A stretch of 64,000 bases of DNA from Felis catus. Its lineage: Eukaryota. Shown one piece after another: positions 12,253 through 24,345 of the stretch. A model generated the notes under the pieces. That model was not told where the DNA came from. It ran no database searches and saw only the letters and a program-made list of their open reading frames with translations. The stretch covers positions 59,212,001 through 59,276,000 of the forward strand of contig NC_058382.1 in the NCBI RefSeq assembly GCF_018350175.1. Direction: 5' to 3'. The translations under genes were made by a program, and so were the position numbers. Each line of letters begins with the position of its first letter. Positions within the stretch are counted from its first letter, which is position 1.

Positions 12253-12405
12253 TAGCACATGGAACCCACAGGTACCAGGCCCTAGTCTAGGATCTTTGCA
12301 TAGATCCACCCATTTAGTTCTCATAACCACCCTGTGAATGAGGACCTGTAGTTACCTCCATTGTACAGATGAGGAAACAGGCCTAAGGAGTGAAGTGCCC
12401 GGTTC
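12253..12405 (-). mobile_element. MIR SINE
   Basis: CCAGGCCCTAGTCTAGG...CATTTAGTTCTCATAACCACCCTGTG...CCATTGTACAGATGAGGAAACAGGC. Confidence 0.8.
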
Positions 12406-12814
12406 AATCTCAAGAGAGATACTTTAGAAAAATTCACCTGGGAACAGCACCACAGGGGAGTTAGAATAAAACTCTTTTCAGTATAACGAAGAGTACTACA
12501 AAACTTGTCCTTAGCTCTTTTGGAGATGAAGGTCGTCAGGGTCTCCTTGACTTTTCTTTCTTTCTTCCCTTTCTATATATTTATTTCTCAGTATTTGAGC
12601 CTCTATTTCACTGACAGGGTGCGAAACTTATTTGTCCCTTTTGAGGTGCTTATTCACCCTGGAAAGCTGGCCGTCGCCCAAATGCTGTGGAGTCAGCCGT
12701 CCGTGTAAACTAAGGACTCACATTCCCCAAACAGAACACGGGTATTGTTCGTTTTTTGAAAATCCTTTAAACCTCACACTGTTTACTTCATTGCTTTCTT
12801 CTTGTTTATTGGAC

Positions 12815-12839
12815 AAAAAAAAAAAAAAAAAAAAAAAAA
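12815..12839. repeat. Poly(A)25
   Basis: Uninterrupted A run. Confidence 0.95.
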
Positions 12840-13237
12840 GATAACAGCGCAAATACACAGTGAAAACCAGACAAGACAGATGGAGTGGCCTGAGGATTTT
12901 CCATCAGTGTCAGCATCTTCTGACGTCCCGGGAGACAGTGAGAGGAGACGGACGAAGAAGCGGTCTCACGGCGGGCAGCACATGCACGTAGGGCATCAGA
13001 GAGATCAGGGCCACGCCTGGGAGGGCAGGTGGCCTTCTCAGAGCACGAGGCCGGGCGGGCCGTGGGGACCCTCTCAAACCCCCATGGCCCCTCAGGACAG
13101 CACTACGCTGGGTGCCAAGGGTAAAACTGGGGAGAAACTAAAGTCTGGGGACCAGAGGAACTTCGGTCAGGGAGGGGAATGAGCAGAAAATAAACAGGCA
13201 GTTGCAAGTCATGTAGAATGTTCTATCTATGATGGGG

Positions 13238-13606
13238 TATGGCAGACACCATTCTGTTTTACTTTCCTTTTCCTGGGCGCACAAGAGAAATTCACACATT
13301 TTCCCACCTCTCTCCCATTAGGTTGGTGGCAGGTGACTAGCTCTGGCCAACGGATGGTGAGCAGTGACATGTAGCACTTCGGTTCAGGGTAGTTAAGGGG
13401 CAAGAGTGAGTTCTGGACGCTCTCTGCCCCTATCTGTGCCCAGAAGGGGAGCCTCCAACAGCCTGAGTCCCTAAGTGATGATGGGGAAAGGAGGACCCCA
13501 CTGAACGTTTCTGAACATGTGAACCCAAGCGAGAAACAGACCTTGACTGTGTGAAATCACTGAGGCTTCAGGATTAATTTGTTACTTGCCCGTCCTGGCT
13601 GATACG
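13238..13606 (+). mobile_element. ERVL-MaLR solo LTR (old MLT1H/I/J-like)
   Basis: TATGGCAGAC start, CATTTTCCCA, GTGACTAGCTCTGGCCAA, CAGCCTGAGTCCC, GAGAAACAGACCTTGACTGTGTGAAATCACTGAG...TTTGTTAC...CTGGCTGATAC end. Confidence 0.75.
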
Positions 13607-13629
13607 AAGGGGAAATCAATCACACGCAC

Positions 13630-13840
13630 TTTGGGACACAGGGAAGGGTGGACGGAGGAGAAGGTGGTCGGCAAAGGCATGTGGATGTGAGAAGGACACC
13701 GAGTCCTTGAGGAGCTTCCCAGGGGACAGTGGAGGAAGAGCATTCCAGGCAGAGGGAACAGCATGGGGAAAAGCTGCAGAGAAGAGAACTCAGCGCATCT
13801 AAGAACACACAGACGGGTCCAGCATGAAGGGACTGCAGGT
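13630..13840 (-). mobile_element. L2 LINE fragment
   Basis: GGAAGAGCATTCCAGGCAGAGGGAACAGCATG, a characteristic L2 motif. Confidence 0.75.
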
Positions 13841-13911
13841 GCACGTGCGACTTCTAAGTAAAGGCAGAGGGGACCCTGAATATCCTCCTAAGGGGTTTGG
13901 CCTCCGTCACA

Positions 13912-14250
13912 TGTCTTACGCCAGCTCAGGCTGCCATAACAGTGTACCACAGACGGGGCAGCTTTAACGGACGGACTCGTATTTCCCGCAACTCTGGAGC
14001 CTGAAGTATGAGGTCCAGGTGCCTGCCAGTCTGGCTGCTGGTGAGGTCCCTCGTCCTGGCTTGTAGACAACCACCTTCTGCCCTGTGTCCTCACTTGGCC
14101 CCTCTTTCTCCTCTGATAGGGAAGTGATCCCATCCTGAGGCCCACCCTCATGACCCCATCTAATTACCTCTCAAGGGCCCCTCTCCAAACACCATCACAC
14201 TGGGGGGTCAGGGCTTCGACACTGGAACTGGGTGGGGGCACGATTCTACA
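13912..14250 (-). mobile_element. ERVL-MaLR solo LTR (MLT1A0-like)
   Basis: TGTCTTA..CAGCTCAGGCTGCCATAAC..TACCACAGAC...CTCTGGAG...CCCACCCTCATGACC...TCTCCAAACACCATCACACTGGGG...GGGCTTC. Confidence 0.85.
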
Positions 14251-14400
14251 GACTCATGCAAACCAGGACGGGTCACAAGATAGTCTAAGGAGCCGGTGAC
14301 AAAACCACATTGCACATTAAAGGATCACTTTAGCCCCACTGAGGTTTGGAGATAGAAAAAGAAAATAAGGCCAGAAGGAGAGAGTCTGTTTCCTCCTTCT

Positions 14401-14540
14401 ACTCATCCGCACACGTATTCATTATTATTTACTGAGGACCTACTATGTGCCCGGCACTGTTCTGGGCACTGAGAAGACAGCAGTGAGCAAAACAGACCCC
14501 TGTCGTCACAGAACCCACGTGGACACACGCGGAGGCGGGG
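14401..14540 (-). mobile_element. L2 LINE 3' end
   Basis: TATTTACTGAGGACCTACTATGTGCCCGGCACTGTTCTGGGCACTGAGAAGACAGCAGTGAGCAAAACAGAC. Confidence 0.85.
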
Positions 14541-17500
14541 CTTTTGTTTTCCGTGCGTGTGTTTATGTCGGTAACATGTTCGACACACTTCAGGCGATCC
14601 ATATTCCAAATAAAAGTGTGACGGCAGGTCCAGGGGTACTCCCTGGAGGAGGGGGAATAGGGCCACCCCACCTCAAGCCCCGAGGGTCATCAACACTGTG
14701 GCGTCCGCACAGGGCACCAGCTCCTGTATGCTTTGCCGGGGTACACGGCGCACGCTTTGCCGGGGTCCACGAATCGCTTCCTGTGGTGCGCAGGTGACAC
14801 GTTTGATGCGTGCTAAGTGGTCTGTACTTGTAGTAATGTGTTTTAAGAAGAAAAAAACTTACATAACCAACATGAATAATCACATTGTCTGGGACGAGTT
14901 GTGTTAAAAGACAAAGAGAAAGGTGTCAGTTCAAAGCTGATTCCAAGAAAATGTTAATCAAAGTCGTAACCGCAGATGGTACAATTGGGAAGACCGCGCC
15001 CGGCCAGCCGGAGACGGGAGCTACTGTGCAGGACCAGGGCCAGCTTCCTGGCTCTGGGGTCATCGCTTTCCTGCCGTGAAATCAGGACAAAAATTCTCTG
15101 ATCACTAGGTGACCATATGCCTTCAGTATTGCTGTAATTTCTTGTTGCCCAGACCGAAGTCATTTTCCAAACTCCTCCTGTAGAGCATCTGCTGTTATCA
15201 CCACCCTTGATAACAGGACAAAAAACTAGACAGAAAAACCAAGGTTGGAAGATGCAGGTTGCCCATGGATTCTCAGAGAAGCAGACAAAAGCGAGGCCGG
15301 GGTTCTCAGAGAACTGGGGAGTCGTCTGCCCTGGGCGCAGATGTCCGCGGCACCCAGGGAGGGCAGTGTCTGCGGCGGGGAACCCCGGCCCCGTGGCCGC
15401 TGCAGGAACCCCCCCCCAGAGTACCGTGTGCATGGCAGGGCCGTGCACCCTTCCCTCCCCGGCTCTCGCCCTGGCTGTGCCCATGGATGGTGCATTTGTC
15501 ACCCCCGCTCAGTGTTTACTTATGACTTTTCCCACTGCAGGTGGAGTCAGCTATCAGGCCAGACACATTCTGCTTTTTAAAACGTATCTGGTTTGTGACT
15601 CCAACATTGAAATGGGATCTAAGGGGAGGGCTCATATCTGCGTTGACACACAAGTGCCGATTGTGTCTCTTTGATGACAAGATAATAACGGTTTTCAAAA
15701 CAGGGCAGGAAGCACACGCAAAGCAGAGTGGGGGTCCGCCTGCTGCAGAGGCTCCTGGGGAGCTGGCTGCTGGGCCCGGGTCTGCATAGACAAAGGGGCG
15801 TCGTGACCACCTGGCAAAGTCTCAAACACCCTCCCTTCTCTCGGCGACCCCTCTGTTTACAATACACCTGCACTCCCCGCGCCCGCCTGCCCTTGTATTT
15901 TTCTCCCCGTGTGTCTGTGCACTTTACCCTCCTTTCTTGCTATCTGGCCTCCATTCAGCACCCCTGTTCCCCTGCGGCAGGCACCCGTTCTGTTTGGACC
16001 CCAGTGCCTGGCTGAGAGAAGGCCACACCTGGGCTGGGTTTGCCTGCCTCTGGACCCTCCACCTGTGAACTCCAACGGCAGGGGCCCTTCGTGTCGGGCC
16101 GATTCTGCACAGCACAGTACTTGTTTGTGGATCACTCTTTCTTGTTGCTGCTTTGGGCTCCATTCTGCAAACAGGCTGTGCTGTGCGTCGTGGGGTCTTC
16201 CCAGACTGGGGTCGGTTACAGATGTGCGGCAAAGAATGTGCCGACCCTTGGGTGCTGGGATTTAGATCCTTTAACGAAGGGCCGCCCCAGCGAGGGTGAC
16301 GTGGAAGTCTCCCCCCAACTCCTGTGCGGGTCCCGCTCTGCTGAGGCACTGTTTTTTGGTAGCCAATGCATTCAGAGGACACCCACTGCAGAAGATAAAG
16401 ACAGAGCAAATGCAAGGGAAGCCACCCGCCAGCCTCGGGACGTCTCAAGTCCACAGCCGGGATGATCCGCTCTGGCCGCAGGAGCATTGAACCCCCCACA
16501 GCACCGCCCACAGACCGCCCGCCCTCCAGCGTCTGAGGCTCATTGTGTCCTGATGCTAATGGCCGAGGCAGTCGATGGCATCTGGAGACCGGGCGGCCGA
16601 GGTCCTCTGCCCTTCGTGTCAAAGGGGAGGGTAAGGGTGACAGATGGGGCAAGGGAGAGGCCCGTTCTGGGCCCAGTTTTGGGGGGAGCCACGGCCCCGT
16701 CCTGGAAGGACGAGCTTCTGCCAAAACCCTCCCCAGGGGAGAGCCCGTCCTCCAGAGGTCACACCCCAGATCCCACCCATCACCCTCTGCCACATCACTT
16801 GTTTGGTTTCATTTTCATTTTTAATTGGAGCCACAATTCCCAAGAATGAGGGATTTCACACACAGTTTCACACTTTTGGCTTCTCTTAAAATACAAGACA
16901 CTTTGGCCACCCCAGCCCCACATCTCACGGTGGCCACGGCTGGCGGAACCGAGAAGCGGCTTTCTACCGGGACAGGGGTAATTTTCCCCACACGAAATTA
17001 CTTCATGCACGTGGTGTCTCACAGGAGGGACAGAAGCAGAGACGGAGAAAGAAGGGTTGGAAAACCGAGGGCCGTTTTGCCCACCGCGCCGCTCAGAGCC
17101 CGGGGCCTCACCCCTCGGCGCCCGGCAGCGGGAGGCCCTGCTTGCCGGCGCACGTCACGACCCCTGCACGCAGGCCAGTGACCGCCCCCAACCCCACGCA
17201 GAGCCCCGCCACCTACACAAGATTCCGTGGTTTCTATACTCTTCTTAACTGGGGACCTACGTGTCGACGTTAGAGCTGAATTCCCGTTGGAGTGACACCC
17301 GTGTTCAATGGTATTAAGTGCGTTTCAGCCAAGCTTCTGTATCCACCCCTACCAGCCCCAGCCCCTCAGTTCGCACCCCTGCAATCTCAAGTGTCCCCAC
17401 TGTGCCCACAGCAGCGCCAGGCCCCAGGGGAGGAGGAAAGCCAGGGTGGAGCCCGCCCGCTCGCCCTTCCTGCCTTCCTCAGTCAGCAAGCGTCAATGAG

Positions 17501-19864
17501 CAGGAACCCCCAGGAGCTGGGGCCAAGAGGGACCCAGGCGAACACAAGTTCAGGCCTCTGCCTTCAGGGCGCTGACAGACGTGTGTGCCAGGGACCCTGC
17601 CTCCGCTCCACCTCCGTGAACGCATCCACTCTGCCTGGTGCTGGGGTCCCCCCACCCTCTGCAGGCCTTACCAGGGGAGCACCCCTCCCCCGCCCCGAGT
17701 CCGGCACGGGTGCTCCTGAGCCTGAGACCTCGCCTCTGGACAGTGACGCACGGGGACCACGGACAGCAGCCAGCAGCCCCTGTCTGGGCAGGCCGACGGC
17801 CCAGAAGGATCCTGGCAAGGACCCCACAGCCTCCACCAAGTGGCCCTTTCCCTGGCCCCTGGCCCCGCGTCTCAGCAGAACTCCGCACTCGTTGCTTTGA
17901 GCTGACAAGGGCACATTCGCCGAAGACCCCGGAAGTGCAGGAGGCAACCACAACCAGAGACCGCGGCCTCCCTCCCCCCTCCCCCGCCCCGCCTCCGCTC
18001 TGCCCGGGGCTCCATGCTGCCTGCAGACGGGGGGCCCCGCGGGGAACCCCAACAGCGGAGCCCGCCGCCTGGTGACCTGGCAGCATGGAGTGGCCCAGAT
18101 CCCCTTCCCGCTGTTGAGACAGGAATGGTGCCGCGGGGACGATGCTACCCAGGCCATCCAAGGACCGGAACACAACGTCCCCCGTGTCGTCTGAGGGAAG
18201 TCTGAGAAAATGTGGAGAAAAGGTGTCACAGGCCACGTGTGTCTGCTTCTGCCCTGCTTCTGGCAGAGAGCGGGGACATTCAAGGTCAGCTGGTATCCCG
18301 AGGTTGAGGGACGCTTGGGTGAGGCCCGGCTTCTGTCACCGCTGAGTGTGTGGCCTGGAGCGTCTCACCCTCCCTGGGCCTCAGGTTTGCAGTCATCAGA
18401 GGAGAGGTTTGGACCAACCTGGGGCGTGAAACCATCTGGCCGTGGAACCTCACCGGCCACGGTCCTCGCTGCGTTAGTGTGCATCCGCACGGGTCCTCGG
18501 GGGCTTGGGGAGGTGGGCGTGGTGCCGACGTGACGGGCCACGAGGAAGGGCCACGCTGGGCCGTGTAAGTCTGGCACTAGCTCTTTCCAAAAGCATCTGG
18601 ACAGTCTTCATCAAACCCTCAAACACACGGCTCTTCGCCGATAATTTCCACTTGCAAAGATTTGCCTGGTGGATCTAATCGGGCATCTGCACAAAGACAA
18701 AAGTTTTGTCACAGCCTTGGTCACAGTAGCACAGGCCTGAAACAACCCAGATGTCCAGTACGAGGGGACGGGTGGCGGAAATGCAGGCATGTCCACACGA
18801 GGAGCAGCGCACAGCCAGGTAAGAAGCAGGCATCGCCAACACACGACAGGACGGATTCCTGGACAGACCGCCGAGCGCCAGCAGGGCAAGGGCGGAGACG
18901 CAGACGGAGGGGACGTTCCGCGCCCGCGCTCAGATCCAGCAAGAGGACACCCAGGAAGCCGAGCGGTGCCGAGGGAGGAGGGCCGTGCGCGCACCCTCAC
19001 GTCCTTCCCTGCTGGGGGTTTGCTGCGGCTCTGGTCACTCGTGGAGACCGTGAGCCCCGGTCACTGCGGTGCGAGGCTCCCGGCTCCGCCCGTGCTCGCG
19101 GATGTGGCCGCCGCTCGCAGCCCAGCGCAGGGCACGCGGCAGGTGCCGACCAGCACCCGTGGGATGAGATGCTAAACGCACCCCGCCCCCCAGCTCAGGA
19201 GCCTGCGGCTCGGGGATGTGACGCGACCCGTCCGAGGTCAGCTGGCCCGCGAAGGCGGCAGGCCGGCGGCCGGGCCCAGAGCGGTTACATCTGTCCCCCT
19301 GGGCAGTCCTCGAGGACGCAGAGCCGGCCGCCCTGGGGAGCCGCTCTCTGGTGATGAGTGTGACGTCCGCACAGGGGTTGGTGGTTGGGCTTTGCCAGAA
19401 GCGTCTCTGCTCTGAAACGTCCTTCACTTTGAGCGGTGACTGTGCAGGGCTCTGGGCCGCAGCGAGCGGCCAGGTTCGGGGCAACACGGGGCCCCTCGCG
19501 TCTGGGACAAATGCGCCGTGGAGTGAGGCAGCTCCGGAGGACGCACAGCCAGTTCGCTCGGAGGCCAGAAGCTTCCCTGTGTTCAGCCTCCGCCTCCTCC
19601 TCCACCCCAGACACGCGTGGCACGTGGCAGAAGCAGATCACCGTATCTGTGGCCCGCGGAATCTTTCTTCCTCGTGCTGTTACGGTCTAATTGGCATTTA
19701 CACACTCGCTCACGCGCCTCCACGCGGCTGATGAGAGACAGACCTTTTACTCACAGCTGAGAACGTCAGACAACGAGTGCTTGTCCTGAGGGGGCTCCGG
19801 GCGCTCACACCCATGAGCCTCCCGAGCGGGGGCCTGAGCGCCAGGGCTCTCCTGTCGCTGATGT

Positions 19865-20035
19865 GTGCACACTCGCACGCTCACTCCCAGTGACACATGC
19901 TTGCACACCCGCACGCCACAAGGCGACACGCTCACACACCCACACGTTCCCCCGGTGACACACGCTCGCACACTCACACGGTGACACGCTCGCACACCCA
20001 TGCACCCCACACACCCACACACTCTCACACGTAGA
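19865..20035. repeat. Degenerate CA-rich minisatellite
   Basis: Recurring GTGACAC(AC)GCTCGCACAC units. Confidence 0.8.
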
Positions 20036-21439
20036 CAACAAAGGCCACACTGTCTCTCCCACGGTGGGTTTTCCCCTAATTCCCTCGAACCGTCCCATTT
20101 ATTTCCTGTCCTTGGGAAAGGGAATTTCTGAGTCCTTCCGGGCTTTCTCATTAAGATCCCGACAAACGGGAGAAGGAGGGCTCGAAGCCCACCGCATCAC
20201 CAAATATGGGCTAAAAATGTGCCCTTTCCCCTCCCCGGCCCCCCAGCACGACCGGAGCGCTACCTACGCCCCAGAGGGCCGTTCCTCAGGCCTGTCTCAC
20301 CCAGCTCCCACCGGCGTGGCCACACACACTTCCCCGTGAAACCCAAGATGCGGAGGGATTGCCCTTTACAAACAATGCGGGGCTTTCTTTAGAGCCGGCC
20401 TGACCCGTCTGAGAGCCGCTGCCTTGGCCCTGATTGACAGGGCCCCCGGGGCCCTCGGGGCGAGGCCTCCACCAGGGCTCTGGCCTTTTCTGGGGCTAGA
20501 GGCCCCCCAACAGATTATCAGCACGGTCCCGCGGGGACCAATCTCTCAGGCTGTCCTGTCAAGGACGCCTACCTCCTTCTTGGGACACAGCAGACGGGCC
20601 GCGAGCGGCGGGGCCTGTCCACCCGCATGGCTGCCATGAAGTCATCCTCAGAGCCGACTCCATCCTTCCATCAGGCACACACGCTGCTGCCCGGGAACGT
20701 CATCCCTGGGGCTCCCTGACGGTGGGGGACAAGGCTGTGAGCCATGGGTCGGGGGGGGGCCTCGGCTCCCCCGACCGCCGGCTGGGACTGTCACCGCAGA
20801 TCCGTGAGAAATGAGCCCTGTGATCTGTGCTGTCGGTGAGCACACAACCGTGGCCTCGTGTTTCCCCGCAGCCGCTTGCCTGCCGGAAGGGCAGCCCGAG
20901 AGCCAAGCATGGCACACGGCGGTGGGGGAGGCCCGGGCCATGCTGCCCATCTCCCCACGTGAGGTCACAGGGGACGCTCACTGGCAGGCTGGGAGGAGCT
21001 CTTAGCGCCACCCTGCAGACGGGGACCGCTGGCCTGGGACTCTGGGTCCACACCACAAGCCCTGTCTCAGTCCAGAGTCCCCTGAGAAGCCCGCTGCTCC
21101 CAGGAGCTGTCTCACAGTGCGCGTGGGCAATGCCGGCGGAAAGGCCTAGACTCCCACGTGCACGGCCTGCAAGACCTGTGCCCACCACCGGCCGCTCCGG
21201 CCCCGCGGACTGTGCTCATCTTCCGGCACACACACCTGCCTGCCACCTGCCTCCAGGGCTGCCGGCTCCTTCCCACTAGATAGCTGCCCACGTGCCCCCG
21301 AGGGGCCTTCCCGCCCCTTCCCGGGCCAAAATCGTGGCGCCCACCGCCACCACCGTCTGTGTCCTTAGCTGGCCGAAACCTCCTCAGGGCACCTGCGTCT
21401 TGCCAGCCTTCAGGAACGGCTCTGCTCCCTTGCTAATGG

Positions 21440-21578
21440 AGCCCTTCCTCTACTGGGCGACAGGCTTACCGAAGGTGAGGATTTCCTTTATTTTGTGCAC
21501 TGACGTACCTCCAGGCCCTAGAACGGTGCCTGGCACACAACAGGAGCTCAATAAGCCTGTAGTGAATGAACAGATGGT
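21440..21578 (+). mobile_element. L2 LINE 3' end
   Basis: CCAGGCCCTAGAACGGTGCCTGGCACACAACAGGAGCTCAATAAG...TGAATGAA. Confidence 0.8.
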
Positions 21579-22339
21579 AAGGAAGAAACAAGGCACCTGC
21601 GGGGTGCGCTCTCCTGAGTTTCCCGTGGGGACGGCTCCAATATGGCCTCCCTGCGCACGGCAGCCTTCCTTTCCACCCGTCGCCCCCGGAGTGCCCACGC
21701 CCGCCTCTGAAGCCCTTATACACGACGTGCCCAACCCCCACGCTCCCAGCCACAGCACACGCGCTCCAGGGAGCCCCTGACTCGAACCGGGCCGAGAAGT
21801 CAGAATCCCTCCCCAGAATTTGGAACTGGGAACGAGAGGATCCGTCTGCGTCATTCCGCCGGGTACATACTGTTGTGAAGATGTTTCCCAGGAGCAGAGG
21901 GAATGGGCTGAACAATGACGACAAACACAAGATTGAGAGCAAAGGGGCAGAAGGGTGTGTGTGTGGGGGGGGGGGGTGCGGGCAAGACAGAGAGGGATGG
22001 GGAAGGAGGGGAAGGAGACAGAGAGCTCCTGCATCTTCCCGGGACCTGGCCCCGGCCCATCTACTCATCCAGCGCCACTACGGCTCTCACAGGTGCCCCT
22101 TGTTTCTCTGCAGCCTCGGTCTGTGCCCCCTGCCAGCAAGAGACTGGCTCAGGTCATGGGCTCTTCGTCCTCACTCAGCCCATCCCCCTGCCCTGCATCC
22201 TACCAGTGTGGGAGCACAGGGCTGCATGCAGGGAAAGGGACGAGGGTGTCCTGGCAGACCACCCTGACCTCCATGTGCTCGGGGAAGCCTGGCTTGCACA
22301 CGTGCTTCACCAGGATGCCTGTCTGCTGATGCCATAGGC

Positions 22340-22486
22340 CCTTTGAGCACCTCTGTGCACGAGGCACTCAGCTTGTGCTGGGGACACAGCAGCGAGCAAA
22401 CAGGCAAACTCTTAGCTCTTGTGGGGTTTGTGTTCTGTTGGGAGAGGAGCGACTTCATAAACCCCCAAAATAAAAATGAGGTATTA
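22340..22486 (-). mobile_element. L2 LINE (part 1, interrupted by L1)
   Basis: TTGAGCACCTCTGTGCACGAGGCACT...GCTGGGGACACAGCAGCGAGCAAACAGGC. Confidence 0.65.
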
Positions 22487-23342
22487 TTCTTACTCGACAC
22501 GTTTCCAAAGGCAAGGGAATTAGAAGCAAAAACGAATTATTGGGACCTCATCAAGATAAAAAGCTTCTGTACTGCAAAGGAAACAATCAACAAAACTGAA
22601 AGGCAACTGACGGAATGGGAAAAGATATTTGCAAATGACATATCGGACAAAGGGCTAGTATCCAAAATCTATAAAGAACTCACCAAACTCCACACCCGAA
22701 AAACAAATAATCCAGTGAAGAAATGGGCAGAAGACATGAATAGATACTTTTCCAAAGAAGACGTCCAGATGGCCAACAGGCACTTGAAAAGATGCTCAAC
22801 ATCACTCATCATCAGGGAAATACAAATCAAAACCACACTGAGATACCACCTCACACCTGTCAGAGTGGCTAACATTAACAACTCAGGAAACAACAGATGT
22901 TGGCGAGGATGTGGAGAAACGGGAACCCTCTTGCTTTGCTGGTGGGCATGCAAACTGGTGCAGCCGCTCTGGAAAACAGTATGGAGGTTCCTCAAAAAAA
23001 ATTAGAAATAGAACTACCCTACAACCCAGCAATTGCACTACTAGGAATTTATCCAAGGGATACAGGATACAGGTATGCTGTTTTGAAGGGGCACGTGCAC
23101 CCCAATGTTTATAGCAGGACTATCGACAATAGCCAAGGTATGGAAAGAGCCCAAATGTCCATCAACTGATGAATGGATAAAGAAGATGTGGTTTATCTAT
23201 ACAATGGAATACTACGTGGCAATGAGAAAGAATGAAATCTGGCCTTTTGTAGCAACATGGATGGAACTGGAGAGTGTTAAGTGAAGTAAGTCATGCAGAG
23301 AAAGACAGATACCATATGTTTTCACCCATATGTGGATCCTGA
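22487..23342 (+). pseudogene. Disrupted L1 ORF2p C-terminal remnant
   Basis: Frameshift at A8 (22994-23001), 7-bp GATACAG duplication near 23059-23072, short deletion near 23278; ends ...YHMFSPICGS* at 23342. Confidence 0.85.
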
Positions 23343-23600
23343 GAAACTTAACAGGGAACCGTGGGGGAGGGGAAGGGGGAAAAATGAGTTCCAGAGAGGG
23401 AGGGAGGCAAACCACAAGAGACTTTAAATACCGAGAACAAACTGAGGGTTGATGGGGGATGGGAGGGAGGGGAAAGTGGGTGATGGGCATCGAGGAGGGC
23501 CCTTGTTGGAATGAGCACTGGGTGTTGTATGTAAGCGATGAATCACGGGATTCTACCCCCAAGAGCACAGTGTATACACTATGTTAGCCAGCTTGATTGA

Positions 23601-23631
<31 letters not shown>

Positions 23632-23634
23632 ATA
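22487..23634 (+). mobile_element. 5'-truncated carnivore/felid LINE-1 (ORF2 C-terminus, 3' UTR, (TAAA)n tail)
   Basis: Translation [18 protein letters not shown]...EWEKIFAN...[15 protein letters not shown]...HLTPVR...[12 protein letters not shown] is L1 ORF2p; G-rich 3' UTR; tail (TAAA)n 23601-23634. Confidence 0.97.
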
Positions 23635-23639
23635 GGCCT

Positions 23640-24055
23640 TATTCTGCCAGTGCGATGGAGGGAGCCCAGGGGCAGGAGAGGGATTGCCCTTATAAAGAGG
23701 GCCCTCTCTATTGGTGTCACTGAAAATGTGGCATTTCAGTAAGAGTTCCAAGAAGTGAGAGAAGAACCCAGGTTTCAGGTGGGACCCGCAAGTGCAAAGG
23801 CCCTGGGGTGGATTATGCCTGCTGAGAAACAGAGAGCCAGCCCGCCAGTGTAGGGAGTAGTGAGCAAGGGGGAGAGTTCTAGAAAGAAAACAAGAGGCAA
23901 GAGGCTGCAGGGGACACAGCATGGAGGCCATTTGCCGGCACATGCACGATTGCCTTGAGCCTCCCAGAATTAGGGGAGGTAAGTGATGAGGAGTGAAGAC
24001 TCACCAAGGTCAGGGAAATGTAAGGCCACGTGGTCACTGCATGGAGCAGCTGGGG
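23640..24055 (-). mobile_element. L2 LINE (part 2, continuing after L1)
   Basis: CACTGAAAATGTGGCATTTCAGTAAGAG...GCAAGTGCAAAGGCCCTGGGGTGG...GAGTAGTGAGCAAGGGGGAGAG. Confidence 0.7.
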
Positions 24056-24160
24056 CTCCTTCCATCTGAACAAACCCAGTGGTTTCAATTCAGTATTGTT
24101 CAAAAGCAGCGACTGCATTCCAGGGCAGCGGCCCCGTTCTACGCTCCTGCCTACGATCCC

Positions 24161-24345
24161 CAGTGGGGAGTGACTGCTGGTGGGGATGGGGTTTCCTTTC
24201 GGGGTAATGGAAATGTTCTGGAATCAGACGGAGGTGGTGGTTATACAACATCGCGAATGCACTACACGCCACAGAAACGCTGGCTTCAACGTGGTTAACG
24301 TGGTGGCCTTCACACTAGGCGTATGTCACCACAATCAGGATAAAA
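24161..24345 (+). mobile_element. Ancient L1MB-like 3' end
   Basis: GGGGAGTGACTGCT..TGGGG...GGGGTTTCCTTTCGGGGTAATGGAAATGTTCTGGAAT...GGTGGTTATACAACAT. Confidence 0.8.

Noticed and set aside
22343..23005. 220-aa ORF as a functional gene
   Set aside because: 5'-truncated L1 ORF2 fragment without endonuclease or RT domains, fused to L2-derived sequence and frameshifted.
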